A stretch of DNA of 32,000 bases from positions 1,681,504 through 1,713,503 of the forward strand of contig NZ_CP010802.1 in the NCBI RefSeq assembly GCF_001278055.1, in the 5' to 3' direction. The notes beneath the pieces are model-generated. The model searched no databases, was not told where the DNA came from, and saw only the letters and a list, made by a program, of their open reading frames with translations. Source of the stretch: Desulfuromonas soudanensis. Its GTDB lineage: Bacteria; Desulfobacterota; Desulfuromonadia; Desulfuromonadales; WTL. The position numbers and the translations under genes were made by a program. Shown piece by piece: positions 15,703 through 24,434 of the stretch (position 1 is the stretch's first letter; every line of letters starts with the position of its first letter).

Positions 15703-16251
15703 CTAGAGACGGGCGATGATGTCGCCGGCGGTCACTACCTCGGCAAAGAGTGAGCCGAGGGCCGCAAGGTAGGCGGTCTGGACCTGTTCGGCGGCGACCC
15801 TTTGTTCGGCGAAGGCGAGGTCGCGGGTGGCACAGGCGTCGTGGGCGAGGGTGCACGAGAGGCCGAGGTCGAAGGCGGCTCGCACCGTCGTGTCGACGCA
15901 CATGTGGGTCATCATCCCCGCGATGACCAGGGCCGTTATCCCGTTTTCCTCCAAGTAGGGAAGGAGGGGGGTGTCGCGGAAACTGTTGGGGAAGTGCTTG
16001 GTAAAGATCGGCTCACCCTCTGTCGGGGCGACGCAGGGATGGATTTCGGCTCCGGGGGTCTCCGGGAGAAAGAAGGTTGCGCCGGGCCTCGTATTGAGAT
16101 GCTGAATGTGGATGATCGGCAGATCCCTGGCGCGGAAGGCGCCGAGGAGCTCCTCGGCCTTCCCTCCAGCCGCGAGGCTGTCGCTGAGCTCCATCGCCCC
16201 GCCGGGAAAGTAGTCGTTCTGGATGTCGATGATCAACAGTGCCTGGGCCAC
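15703..16251 (-). CDS. Isochorismatase-family cysteine hydrolase (possible nicotinamidase-type)
   Basis: ALLIIDIQNDYF..., ...TKHFPNSF..., ...ALVIAGMMTHMCVDTT (Asp-Lys-Cys triad pattern). I prefer the GTG at 16251 (GGAGG 5 nt upstream) to the track start at 16365. Confidence 0.7.
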   Translation of the reverse strand: MAQALLIIDIQNDYFPGGAMELSDSLAAGGKAEELLGAFRARDLPIIHIQHLNTRPGATFFLPETPGAEIHPCVAPTEGEPIFTKHFPNSFRDTPLLPYLEENGITALVIAGMMTHMCVDTTVRAAFDLGLSCTLAHDACATRDLAFAEQRVAAEQVQTAYLAALGSLFAEVVTAGDIIARL

Positions 16252-16419
16252 GGGAACCTCCGGAATAGAAAATTTGGGTTGAGCGGGGTCTAAAAAGGGA
16301 AGCTCCTTGCCTTGGGAAAGGTTCTCTCTTGAGGGCTCATCTGTTGGTGAGGACGTATTAAACAATTAAACAACGTGGGCACGTCCCTGGGCACCTTTAC
16401 CTAATCATCAACCTTCCGT

Positions 16420-17043
16420 TCAAAACAGGTACCGAACGCCCAAAAGGTAGACCTGGCCAACAAAATTATCCTCAACGACTTCAGCAGAAGAGGATCTGGA
16501 GAATTCCATTCCAATAGAGGTCCGTTCATAACTGACCGTTCCCAGCAGATGCTCTCCGAGACGAACCGAGGTGCCGAGCTGTAATTTCAGAAGTGCTCCA
16601 GAGTCAATATCATCGAGAATCCGCCCGACAACGGGGGCCTGAACATTGTCAAATTCGATCCGGCCGACACCAATCCCGAGCCCCAACCAGGGTGTTACGG
16701 TATGGAGGATTTCATATTCAAAACAGGCATTGAGGACAAGATTTTTCATTGTCACTTCGCCGCTACCATCAACCGAAGACGAATTCAGGAGCACCTGACC
16801 GACATCATTTTTGTACTGTATCGCTTCGAGATCGAGCCGGAACCATCCGAAGTCGTAACCACCGTTGACGGCTAGTGCCATTCCGTCGTCATGCTGGATA
16901 GTTGTCTGGGTAGAGACAGAGAGGTCGTCTATCCGACTTACCCCGCCTGCGACGCCGGCGTACCATCCTTTAGCCATGGCCGCGCAGGGCGCTAACGACA
17001 ACAGTGCAAGGGTCAGCACAAGGGTAAATCTGATTTTTTTCAT
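16420..17043 (-). CDS. Outer-membrane beta-barrel protein (OmpW/OmpA-like small porin fold)
   Basis: Signal peptide MKKIRFTLVLTLALLSLAPCAAMA, alternating beta-strand pattern, C-terminal ...LLGVRYLF. Confidence 0.7.
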   Translation of the reverse strand: MKKIRFTLVLTLALLSLAPCAAMAKGWYAGVAGGVSRIDDLSVSTQTTIQHDDGMALAVNGGYDFGWFRLDLEAIQYKNDVGQVLLNSSSVDGSGEVTMKNLVLNACFEYEILHTVTPWLGLGIGVGRIEFDNVQAPVVGRILDDIDSGALLKLQLGTSVRLGEHLLGTVSYERTSIGMEFSRSSSAEVVEDNFVGQVYLLGVRYLF

Positions 17044-17193
17044 AGGTCTCTCCAGAATATTTAGGGAAAGGCAACAGGGTCAGGCAACAGGCTTCCAAAT
17101 TGCCAAGTTTAAGGGCCAGTAAAAGGAACGCTCAGGGGGCAAGCTTGACTAATGGGGAATTGCCTCCCCCACCATGTTCCGAGTACTTTTCAT

Positions 17194-17529
17194 CTATCCG
17201 GAAATAGGCCCAACAATCAGCAGAATCCGCACCTTCATCTCCCCACTGAACTCCTCCAAATCGTCAGCCCCGATCATCTTGTGCCGAACCATCAGGCACA
17301 GGTACATTTCCATTTTCGACCGGGAATGACCGTCGAGGCAGTCGACCAGAATCCGGGCCACGCCTTTGATTTTCTTTTCCGCTTCCCAGAACTGCTCGGT
17401 CGGCGTTTTCTTCCCCTCGGCGAACAGGGCGGCGATCAGCTGGTTCTGCCTGGCGAGATAGCGTTCCCGCCACTCCGGGACGCGCTTGCGGAAGGTCTTC
17501 CAGTCGGATTCCAGGGGCTTGTTTATCAT
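17194..17529 (-). CDS. Hypothetical protein
   Basis: 111-aa ORF with plausible codon usage. I recognise no family. Confidence 0.4.
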   Translation of the reverse strand: MINKPLESDWKTFRKRVPEWRERYLARQNQLIAALFAEGKKTPTEQFWEAEKKIKGVARILVDCLDGHSRSKMEMYLCLMVRHKMIGADDLEEFSGEMKVRILLIVGPISG

Positions 17530-17573
17530 CGTTCCCTCAGCTTCTATGCTCCTTTTTCAACTGCCTTGGAAAA

Positions 17574-17858
17574 CTAGGAATGCTTCTCGTAATTTTCCGG
17601 TTTCTCATGAACCGCACTTGAACTCGGTACCGATTTGACATAAAGAGTCTCCGGTGCAATATCCAGATCGTTCGGCCAGCAGACCGTGTCGCAGGCTACA
17701 TAGGCCCGCTCGAACAGGGCCTGATCCTTCAGTTGGCGAAAAACTCCCTTGTCCAGATAGGGTCGAACATCAAACAGACGTACCTCTCCCGTACTGAACT
17801 CGATTTCCAGATGATAATTTTCCCGAGGTATGACACGGACAACTGTGATTGTCGGCAT
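17574..17858 (-). CDS. DUF2442-domain protein
   Basis: MPTITVVRVIPRENYHLEIEFSTGEVRLFDVRPYL...VCWPNDLDIAPETLY is the DUF2442 pattern. AGGAGGGAG RBS. I trimmed the track ORF. Confidence 0.7.
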   Translation of the reverse strand: MPTITVVRVIPRENYHLEIEFSTGEVRLFDVRPYLDKGVFRQLKDQALFERAYVACDTVCWPNDLDIAPETLYVKSVPSSSAVHEKPENYEKHS

Positions 17859-17926
17859 AACCGAAACTCCCTCCTGGTGCACAAATCCTCCAGCAATTCT
17901 TGAATGAAAAAGGGACGGCTGATTTC

Positions 17927-18025
17927 TCAACCTGTATCAAGGGTCATCCCTGCCGTGTAGTCGGCAATCCTCTCCATCCACTCCAGAATGTCCTGGATTC
18001 TGAATCGCCAGTCTCTAGACGGCAT
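17927..18025 (-). pseudogene. HepT (DUF86/HEPN) toxin, N-terminal 32 codons only
   Basis: MPSRDWRFRIQDILEWMERIADYTAGMTLDTG* starts at an ATG overlapping the MNT stop (the usual MNT-HepT coupling). It ends long before the HEPN Rx4-6H motif. Confidence 0.6.
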
Positions 18026-18305
18026 GCACCGATTCCCGAAGAATTTTCTCACGCAGTTGTGGTTTGAGCGCATCCGGAGTGACCAGGTCGACCGACTGGC
18101 CGAGGGTTTTTTCGAGGTAGTTTTTCAACCGAACGAATTCGAACAGGCCACCAACCCGCTCGAATTCGACCAGGATGTCGATATCGCTGTCTGGCCGTTC
18201 TTCGCCCCGGACGACCGAACCGAACAGGGAAAGGGAACGGACACCGAAGGCGTCAAGTTCTTCTTTGTGTTCGCTGAGTCTTTGAATGATTTGTGCTCGG
18301 TTCAT
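18015..18305 (-). CDS. MNT-type nucleotidyltransferase antitoxin
   Basis: ...LSLFGSVVRGEERPDSDIDILVEF... (GS-x10-DxD polymerase-beta-type NTase motif), 96 aa. Confidence 0.8.
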   Translation of the reverse strand: MNRAQIIQRLSEHKEELDAFGVRSLSLFGSVVRGEERPDSDIDILVEFERVGGLFEFVRLKNYLEKTLGQSVDLVTPDALKPQLREKILRESVHAV

Positions 18306-18359
18306 AGGACACTCCGATGAGTGGGAACTGGCTTTCTTTATATCATCTCATTTTCCGGC

Positions 18360-18401
18360 CCCAAAGCACAAAAGCGAAAGGCCTCCCGGGGGAGGCCTTT
18401 C
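18360..18401 (-). terminator. Intrinsic terminator immediately after the displaced nrdJ 3' end
   Basis: GAAAGGCCTCCC / GGGAGGCCTTTC stem, followed on the minus strand by GCUUUUGUGCUUU. Confidence 0.7.
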
Positions 18402-18413
18402 GTGATTTTCAAC

Positions 18414-18443
18414 CTACGCGCACTCACTATACCCGCAGGCGTG
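18414..18443 (-). repeat. Displaced copy of the last 9 codons plus stop of nrdJ (direct repeat of 20803-20832)
   Basis: CACGCCTGCGGGTATAGTGAGTGCGCGTAG encodes HACGYSECA*, identical to the end of NrdJ. 26 of 30 nt are identical and all four differences are synonymous third positions. Confidence 0.85.
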
Positions 18444-18497
18444 GCGAGGACACTGATGCTAATCCCAAATAGCACCATCTCCCTGGGCATGCCCCCT

Positions 18498-19556
18498 TTA
18501 ACTTTCAAGCCAGGCATCGGTAACGGCAAGAAATTTTTTTATAAAATCATCACGGCCACATAAACGTGGTTCCGTAAGCAACTCATATGCACGATTGAGG
18601 GCCTCTCCGATCTCTTCACGATGCAGTTCGGCACAAAAGACAGAGAAGAAGTCTGAAAGATCGACCACCGCTAAGTCAAACGACAACCTATTGACAAATT
18701 TAATTAACTTGGTTGCCGGATGTAAATCTGAATCACTACGGACATTTGCAGCAAAAATTACGTATTTATGTAGTTTGCCATCAGATACTTTTGATCCAAA
18801 ATCAGTAAGTCTGTTTTTCCAGTCATTGCGGACAGTGACCTCATATGCAGCTATTAATTCATAATCCCTAAATTCTTCAATGTCACCTTTGGTCCCATCA
18901 AATTTATCTGATGCATGCGGATGGTGGGTTACAACTCGATGCCCAAAACGTCTCCTATGTATCTCGATGAAAGCCGCAACCAGAAACTGTTGTATGTGCC
19001 CCTCAGATGGAATGGCTATTAACTTCTCACAAAGACTAAGGCTTCGCGCATAGGATAAGTAACTTGCCGGGAGAGGTGGCAGAGCTTGTTGAATAACTCT
19101 TGAAGATTGCAATCGCCAAGCAATGTGGTCGACTAATTCTTTCCGTTGGCTTGGAGTGGTAGCCTTTAATCTTATTAGAAAATCTGAAAACCTTGAGTCT
19201 TTGGTAAGGTCAAATTGCCGCACAGCACCTTTCCAACCAAGATTTTCGCCGAATGCAGTTATGTTCTTATGGAATGTTATATTCCGGAAAGTCAACTCGC
19301 TTGCCAGTAACTTGTCGCCGTATCTGCCGCGCACACCCGTGGGTACTGATTTGAAATCCCATGTTTTGTCTACTATTGAATATACTGCAAGAAAGGCGCA
19401 AGCGAGCCTTAAACTTCCACCTTGTTGGTCTACATTATTGTCAAAAATATTTCTTATTGATATTGGTGCAGGCGAACCTAATGATTCACCATGAGAAATT
19501 CTGTCAATAAGACTAATTAATAAATGAACTGATTTTTCTATATTTTCATTTCTCAT
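18498..19556 (-). CDS. Putative type II restriction endonuclease (partner of the C5 methyltransferase)
   Basis: 352-aa AT-rich ORF whose start overlaps the methyltransferase stop by 4 nt. I could not identify a catalytic motif, so the call rests on context. Confidence 0.5.
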   Translation of the reverse strand: MRNENIEKSVHLLISLIDRISHGESLGSPAPISIRNIFDNNVDQQGGSLRLACAFLAVYSIVDKTWDFKSVPTGVRGRYGDKLLASELTFRNITFHKNITAFGENLGWKGAVRQFDLTKDSRFSDFLIRLKATTPSQRKELVDHIAWRLQSSRVIQQALPPLPASYLSYARSLSLCEKLIAIPSEGHIQQFLVAAFIEIHRRRFGHRVVTHHPHASDKFDGTKGDIEEFRDYELIAAYEVTVRNDWKNRLTDFGSKVSDGKLHKYVIFAANVRSDSDLHPATKLIKFVNRLSFDLAVVDLSDFFSVFCAELHREEIGEALNRAYELLTEPRLCGRDDFIKKFLAVTDAWLES

Positions 19557-20608
19557 AGAATCATCTCATCCTGTATAGCGTTAACACCTTTTATTTTTTC
19601 GATAAATTCACCAGTATTTGAGTGCCCATTCAATTGCGCGATTAAAGCCTTCCCTACGGCGAAAGCAAGCTCAGGTGGGACCGCATCACCGACTTGTTTA
19701 TATTGTGCCGACCGCTTACCTGAAAAATTTAAGTCTTGCGGGAAAGTTTGAATTAATGCGCACTCTTCTACACTGAGTCGTCTAGCCCCAGGAACAGCAC
19801 CTTCCCATGGTGCGCCGCCTGCTCGAAGGTGTGCGTGATATGCTGGCGCAATATTCGCAGTGTCGAGCCAATGAGTTTTATATCCACCTGACGAAGCTAA
19901 AATTGTGTGGCATGGCCCGTCAGGGTCGATTGGGCGACCGCCGCCATTATATATATGACCTGCATAAGGGCTAAGGCGCAGATCAGGGTATTTTGCATAT
20001 TTAACTGGGCAATTAGGTTGGTCACCAATCGGGTTGTCACCCAGTATGTCTAAAGCTTTTATGTGTAAATGTTTCGTTTCTGGCCCATGGGAAGGCATCG
20101 GGAATTTTAATTGACGATTACGAGCTCCCAGCACGATGAGACGTTTTCTTTTTTGCGGTACGCCGTAATCAGCTGAATTTAACACTGCCCAATTGAGCTG
20201 ATAGCCACAATCCGCCAGCCTTACTAAGACGTCATCAAAATATGGGCGAGCTTTTTTGAATATCAGACCTGGGACATTTTCCATAAGAAAAGCTTCTGGT
20301 TGAACCTCTTCTAGGCACCGGATAAACTCAGGTATCATGTCACGCTTATCGGCCTTCCCCTTCTGCAAACCTCCAATTGAAAATGGCTGGCATGGCGGTC
20401 CGCCAACAACAATATCGACCTTACCACGAAATGGAGAAAAAGATATTCGTCTAACATCTTCATTGAAGTGAATAGCGTCAGAGTCATGAGAAGTATAGGT
20501 CGTCATTGCATCGCGATTAATTTCTACGTTTGCGAGTACCTTTAAGCCAGCACGTCGAAGGCCAAGAGAGAGGCCTCCTGGTCCGGAAAATAAGTCTATT
20601 ATATGCAT
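19553..20608 (-). CDS. DNA (cytosine-5)-methyltransferase
   Basis: Motif I DLFSGPGG, motif IV GGPPCQPFS, motif VI ENVPG, motif VIII QKRKR, motif X GDAVPP. Confidence 0.95.
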   Translation of the reverse strand: MHIIDLFSGPGGLSLGLRRAGLKVLANVEINRDAMTTYTSHDSDAIHFNEDVRRISFSPFRGKVDIVVGGPPCQPFSIGGLQKGKADKRDMIPEFIRCLEEVQPEAFLMENVPGLIFKKARPYFDDVLVRLADCGYQLNWAVLNSADYGVPQKRKRLIVLGARNRQLKFPMPSHGPETKHLHIKALDILGDNPIGDQPNCPVKYAKYPDLRLSPYAGHIYNGGGRPIDPDGPCHTILASSGGYKTHWLDTANIAPAYHAHLRAGGAPWEGAVPGARRLSVEECALIQTFPQDLNFSGKRSAQYKQVGDAVPPELAFAVGKALIAQLNGHSNTGEFIEKIKGVNAIQDEMIL

Positions 20609-20802
20609 TTTAGTACCCCAAAACCGATTGTTGCTTTCAAAAGTTTGTGCTGATCGCGAGTTTTGACAGATCTCTTAGTTCAATGTAAATACGAAGAAAG
20701 GGGCAGACAACTTTCCGCCGCCTGACCCTTTCTGATTTATTGATCAGCCTACCATTTTAACGCCGCTGTTGTCATCCATTGCGTTAAGGGCTTCAGCAAT
20801 GC

Positions 20803-23031
20803 CTAGGCGCACTCACTATACCCACACGCATGACAGACGCAGCACCCGCCTTCATGCTCCACCGGCCCGCCGCATTCGGGGCAGGCGCCGCCGGTCTGGC
20901 TGTGGTCGGGGATCATGTCTTCGTGGATCATGTGCATCTGGATCGCCTTGGCGACGGCGTCGGCGCAGGAGGTGACGCGGTTGTCGCCGAAGCCGGCGGG
21001 TTTGTGGCAGGTGATGCCGATGAGCTGCTTGACGGCCTGCCTGGCCTGGACGCCGCTGCGCCAGGCGAGGGAGACGAGGCGGCCGATCGCTTCGCACTGG
21101 CTGGCGGCGCAACCGCCGGCCTTGCCCATGGTGGTGAAGAGTTCGAAGAGGCCTTCGTTGTCTTCGTTGATGGTGACGTAGAGGGGGCCGCAGCCGGTCT
21201 CCATCTGGTAGGTCGAACCACGGAGGGCCCGGGGGCGGTCCCGTTTGCGCCCTCCCTTGTGGGATTCCATGGGGACGGAGGCCTCGGGGGACTTCTCTTC
21301 CTTCTTGCCGACGGAGAGGACCTGCATGTCGCGGCTTCCGTCGCGGTAGATCGTCACCCCCTTGCACCCCTGGCTGTAGGCGAGGCGGTAGACGTTGGCG
21401 ACGTCGTCGCGGGTGGCGCTGTGGCCGAAGTTGACGGTCTTGGAGACGGCATTGTCGGTGTGGCGCTGGAAGGCGGCCTGCATCCGGATATGTTCTTCGG
21501 GGGAGATGTCGTGGGCGGTGACGAAGATGTTGCGGATGTCTTCGGGGATCTGCTCGATCCCTTCGAGGGTTCCGTGCTCGGCGATGATCTTCATCAGTTC
21601 GGGGGAATAGAAGCCGCGCTCCTTGGCGACCTTCTCGAAGAGGGGGTTGACCTCGACGAGGACGTCGTTGTCGAGAACCTGGCGCACGTAGGAGACGGCG
21701 AAGAGGGGCTCGATCCCGCTGGAGGAGTTGGCGATGATGGAGATGGTGCCGGTGGGGGCAATGGTGGTGCTGGTGGCGTTGCGCACCGGCTTCCCCCCCT
21801 TGACGTCGAAGGTGCTCCCCTTGAAGTTGGGGAAGGGGGCGCGCTCGACGGCGAGTTCGCGGGAGAAGGCCCGGGCCTCTTCGGTGATGAACTTCATGAC
21901 CTTTTCGCCGAGATCGACGGCCTGCTCGCTGCGGTAGGAGAGGCCGAGGAGGATGAGCAGGTCGGCCCATCCCATGACGCCGAGCCCGATCTTGCGGTTG
22001 GCGCGGGTCATCTCGTCGATCTGCGGCAGAGGGTAGTTGTTGACCTCGATGACGTTGTCGAGGAAGCGGGCGGCCAGACGTACGGTGCTGCGCAGCTTGT
22101 CCCAGTCGACCTTGCCGGCGCCGGTGATCATTTTGGCCAGGTTGATCGAGCCGAGGTTGCACGACTCGTAGGGGAGAAGGGGCTGCTCGCCGCAGGGGTT
22201 GGTCGCTTCGAACTCGCCGATCTGCGGGGTCGGATTGTCGCGGTTGAGGCGGTCGAGGAAGACGATCCCCGGCTCGCCGTTGGTCCAGGCCAGCTCGACG
22301 ATGTGCTCGAAGACCTTGCGGGCGGCGAGCTTCTTCAGCGGCTCGCCGCTGCGGGGGTTGATGATGTCGTACTCGCCGTCGGCTTCCACCGCCTGCATGA
22401 AAGCCTCGGTGATGCCGACGGAGAGGTTGAAGTTGGTCAGCACGTTCTGGTCGCGCTTGGCCATGATGAAATCCATGATGTCGGGATGGTCGACGCGCAG
22501 GATCCCCATGTTGGCGCCGCGGCGGGTGCCGCCCTGCTTGATCGTCTCGGTGGCGGCGTCGAAGACCTTCATGAAGGAGAGGGGGCCGCTCGAGACGCCG
22601 GAGGTGGAGCGAACCTCGTCGTTTGCCGGACGGATACGCGAAAAGGAGAAGCCGGTGCCGCCGCCGCTCTTGTGAATCAGCGCCGTCTGCTTGATCGCTT
22701 CGAAAATACTCTCCATCGAATCGCCGACGGGGAGGACGAAGCAGGCCGAGAGCTGGCCGAGCTCGCGACCGGCGTTCATCAGGGTCGGCGAGTTGGGGAG
22801 AAACTCGAGGGAGGTCATCATCGCGTAGAAGTCGTTCTCGAGGGCAACGGGGTCGACTTTGGTGCCGAGGCGGGTCTCGGCTTCGGCGATGGCGCGGGCA
22901 ACCCGGTGAAACATGTCGGCGGCGGTTTCCTGAACCTTCCCCTTGCTGTCGCGCTTGAGATACCGGCGTTCGAGTACGGTCAGGGCGTTTTTGGAGAGGG
23001 GGAGGGTGGCGGTTTCGGCCGTCTGCTTCAT
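20803..23031 (-). CDS. nrdJ: Adenosylcobalamin-dependent (class II) ribonucleotide reductase
   Basis: 742 aa. N-terminal ...LTVLERRYLKRD...; NPCGEQPLLPYESCNLGS active-site loop; C-terminal Cys-rich tail CPECG...CCVCHACGYSECA. Confidence 0.9.
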   Translation of the reverse strand: MKQTAETATLPLSKNALTVLERRYLKRDSKGKVQETAADMFHRVARAIAEAETRLGTKVDPVALENDFYAMMTSLEFLPNSPTLMNAGRELGQLSACFVLPVGDSMESIFEAIKQTALIHKSGGGTGFSFSRIRPANDEVRSTSGVSSGPLSFMKVFDAATETIKQGGTRRGANMGILRVDHPDIMDFIMAKRDQNVLTNFNLSVGITEAFMQAVEADGEYDIINPRSGEPLKKLAARKVFEHIVELAWTNGEPGIVFLDRLNRDNPTPQIGEFEATNPCGEQPLLPYESCNLGSINLAKMITGAGKVDWDKLRSTVRLAARFLDNVIEVNNYPLPQIDEMTRANRKIGLGVMGWADLLILLGLSYRSEQAVDLGEKVMKFITEEARAFSRELAVERAPFPNFKGSTFDVKGGKPVRNATSTTIAPTGTISIIANSSSGIEPLFAVSYVRQVLDNDVLVEVNPLFEKVAKERGFYSPELMKIIAEHGTLEGIEQIPEDIRNIFVTAHDISPEEHIRMQAAFQRHTDNAVSKTVNFGHSATRDDVANVYRLAYSQGCKGVTIYRDGSRDMQVLSVGKKEEKSPEASVPMESHKGGRKRDRPRALRGSTYQMETGCGPLYVTINEDNEGLFELFTTMGKAGGCAASQCEAIGRLVSLAWRSGVQARQAVKQLIGITCHKPAGFGDNRVTSCADAVAKAIQMHMIHEDMIPDHSQTGGACPECGGPVEHEGGCCVCHACGYSECA

Positions 23032-23115
23032 CGGTGTGTTTCCTTTTTGGGGCTAATGATTTTTGGGGAGGGGTCGATCTTGTTGAAAATTCAGGATAGC
23101 TATATTGGGAAAGAT

Positions 23116-23169
23116 GTCCTATATTCTGTGGTGCCGGCAAATTTGACCACAATATGTCGTGGCTGTCAA
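23116..23169 (-). promoter_or_regulatory. nrdJ promoter with two NrdR boxes
   Basis: On the minus strand: TTGACA (23164-23169), 17 nt, TCAAAT (23141-23146). Imperfect 16-bp palindromes CCACGACATATTGTGG (23147-23162) and CCACAGAATATAGGAC (23116-23131) have centres 31 bp apart. Confidence 0.6.
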
Positions 23170-23319
23170 GGGTCATGGAGGCAATAAATTCATCTGCGGA
23201 GCCCCTGCGGATCGGGCGCGGGTCTTGCAAAGAATCAGGCCAGGATGACGCCGCTGTTTATATTTGTTCCCTTTTGAACCTCGACCTTTTTCGTCGTCCT
23301 TTACAGTCTCCCTGAGAGC

Positions 23320-24432
23320 ATGGTAAAAATCGCTCAGGAAAGAGAATTAAACCCTCAGGCAGATCGGCGGGTTCCCCATATGAGTACCGACACTGGTTCA
23401 CCGGAGAACATCGAAGAGGAGCTGCGCAGCCTGAAAGGGATCGTCAGCGTCGCCCAGGTGGTGGTGAGTTCCCTCGAACTCGACGAGGTGCTGCAGAACA
23501 TCCTCTACAGCGCCATGGCCACCATGGGGATGCCGGCGGGGTCCATCGCCCTCTTCGAAGAGAAGTTCAGCGAACTCTCCCTGCACGCCCACGCCGGCCT
23601 CAGTCTCGACTTCGTCTCCCGCAACCGCTGGCGGGTCAAGACGGGGGGGCTGACCCACCGCATCCTCGAGGAGGGGGAGCTCTTCGTTGTCGAGGATACG
23701 GGCGACGCCGCCTTCTTCAATAACCCGCTGGCCGTCGCCGAGGGGATCCGCTCCCTGATCGCCGTTCCCCTCAAATATCAGGAGAAGATCGTGGGGATTC
23801 TCTACCTCAACGACTTTGCCCCCCGCACCTTTTCCGAAATGCGCCTCAGCCAGTTGGGTATTCTCGCCTCTTTTGCCACCATGAGCATCGACAACGCCCG
23901 CCTCCACGAGGCGACCCGGCTTCTGGCCTGCACCGACGGTCTCACCGGCCTCTACAACCACCGGCAGTTCACCCAGCTCTATGCCCGGGAGGTCTCCCGC
24001 GCCGAGCGCTCCGGCACCCCACTGTCGCTGGTGATGATGGACGTCGACAACTTCAAGAAGTTCAACGACACCTACGGTCACCCCGCCGGGGACCAGGTCC
24101 TGATCACCGTCGGCGAGATCCTGCGCAAAACCCTGCGCGAGGTCGATCTCCCCTGCCGCTACGGCGGCGAGGAGTTCATCGCCCTCCTCCCCGAGACCGA
24201 TCTCGAAGCGGCGCTCCTCGTCGCCGAGCGGGTGCGTCACGGGATCGAGCGCCACGCCACCCGGGGCCTGGCGGAGACGGTCACCGATCCGGTGACGGTG
24301 AGCATCGGCGTCGCCACCTATCCCCAGGACGGCACGGATCTCGAGACGCTGCTGAAACTGGTCGATTCCCTCCTTTACAAGGCCAAAAATGAAGGCAAGA
24401 ACCAAGTCTATCACGCGGCGCAGGGCGAGTGA
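23320..24432 (+). CDS. GAF-GGDEF diguanylate cyclase with an RxxD I-site
   Basis: N-terminal GAF-like region. ...TGLYNHRQF...MMDVDNFKKFNDTYGHPAGD...REVDLPCRYGGEEFIALLP (REVD sits 5 residues before GGEEF). The start is ambiguous (23320 or 23380). Confidence 0.85.
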   Translation: MVKIAQERELNPQADRRVPHMSTDTGSPENIEEELRSLKGIVSVAQVVVSSLELDEVLQNILYSAMATMGMPAGSIALFEEKFSELSLHAHAGLSLDFVSRNRWRVKTGGLTHRILEEGELFVVEDTGDAAFFNNPLAVAEGIRSLIAVPLKYQEKIVGILYLNDFAPRTFSEMRLSQLGILASFATMSIDNARLHEATRLLACTDGLTGLYNHRQFTQLYAREVSRAERSGTPLSLVMMDVDNFKKFNDTYGHPAGDQVLITVGEILRKTLREVDLPCRYGGEEFIALLPETDLEAALLVAERVRHGIERHATRGLAETVTDPVTVSIGVATYPQDGTDLETLLKLVDSLLYKAKNEGKNQVYHAAQGE

Positions 24433-24434
24433 CC

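Noticed and set aside
20830-23230. 785-aa + strand ORF and 792-aa alternative minus-frame ORF covering nrdJ.
   Set aside because: Only the 742-aa frame (20803..23031) gives a recognisable ribonucleotide reductase. The others are Gly/Arg/Pro-rich shadow frames.
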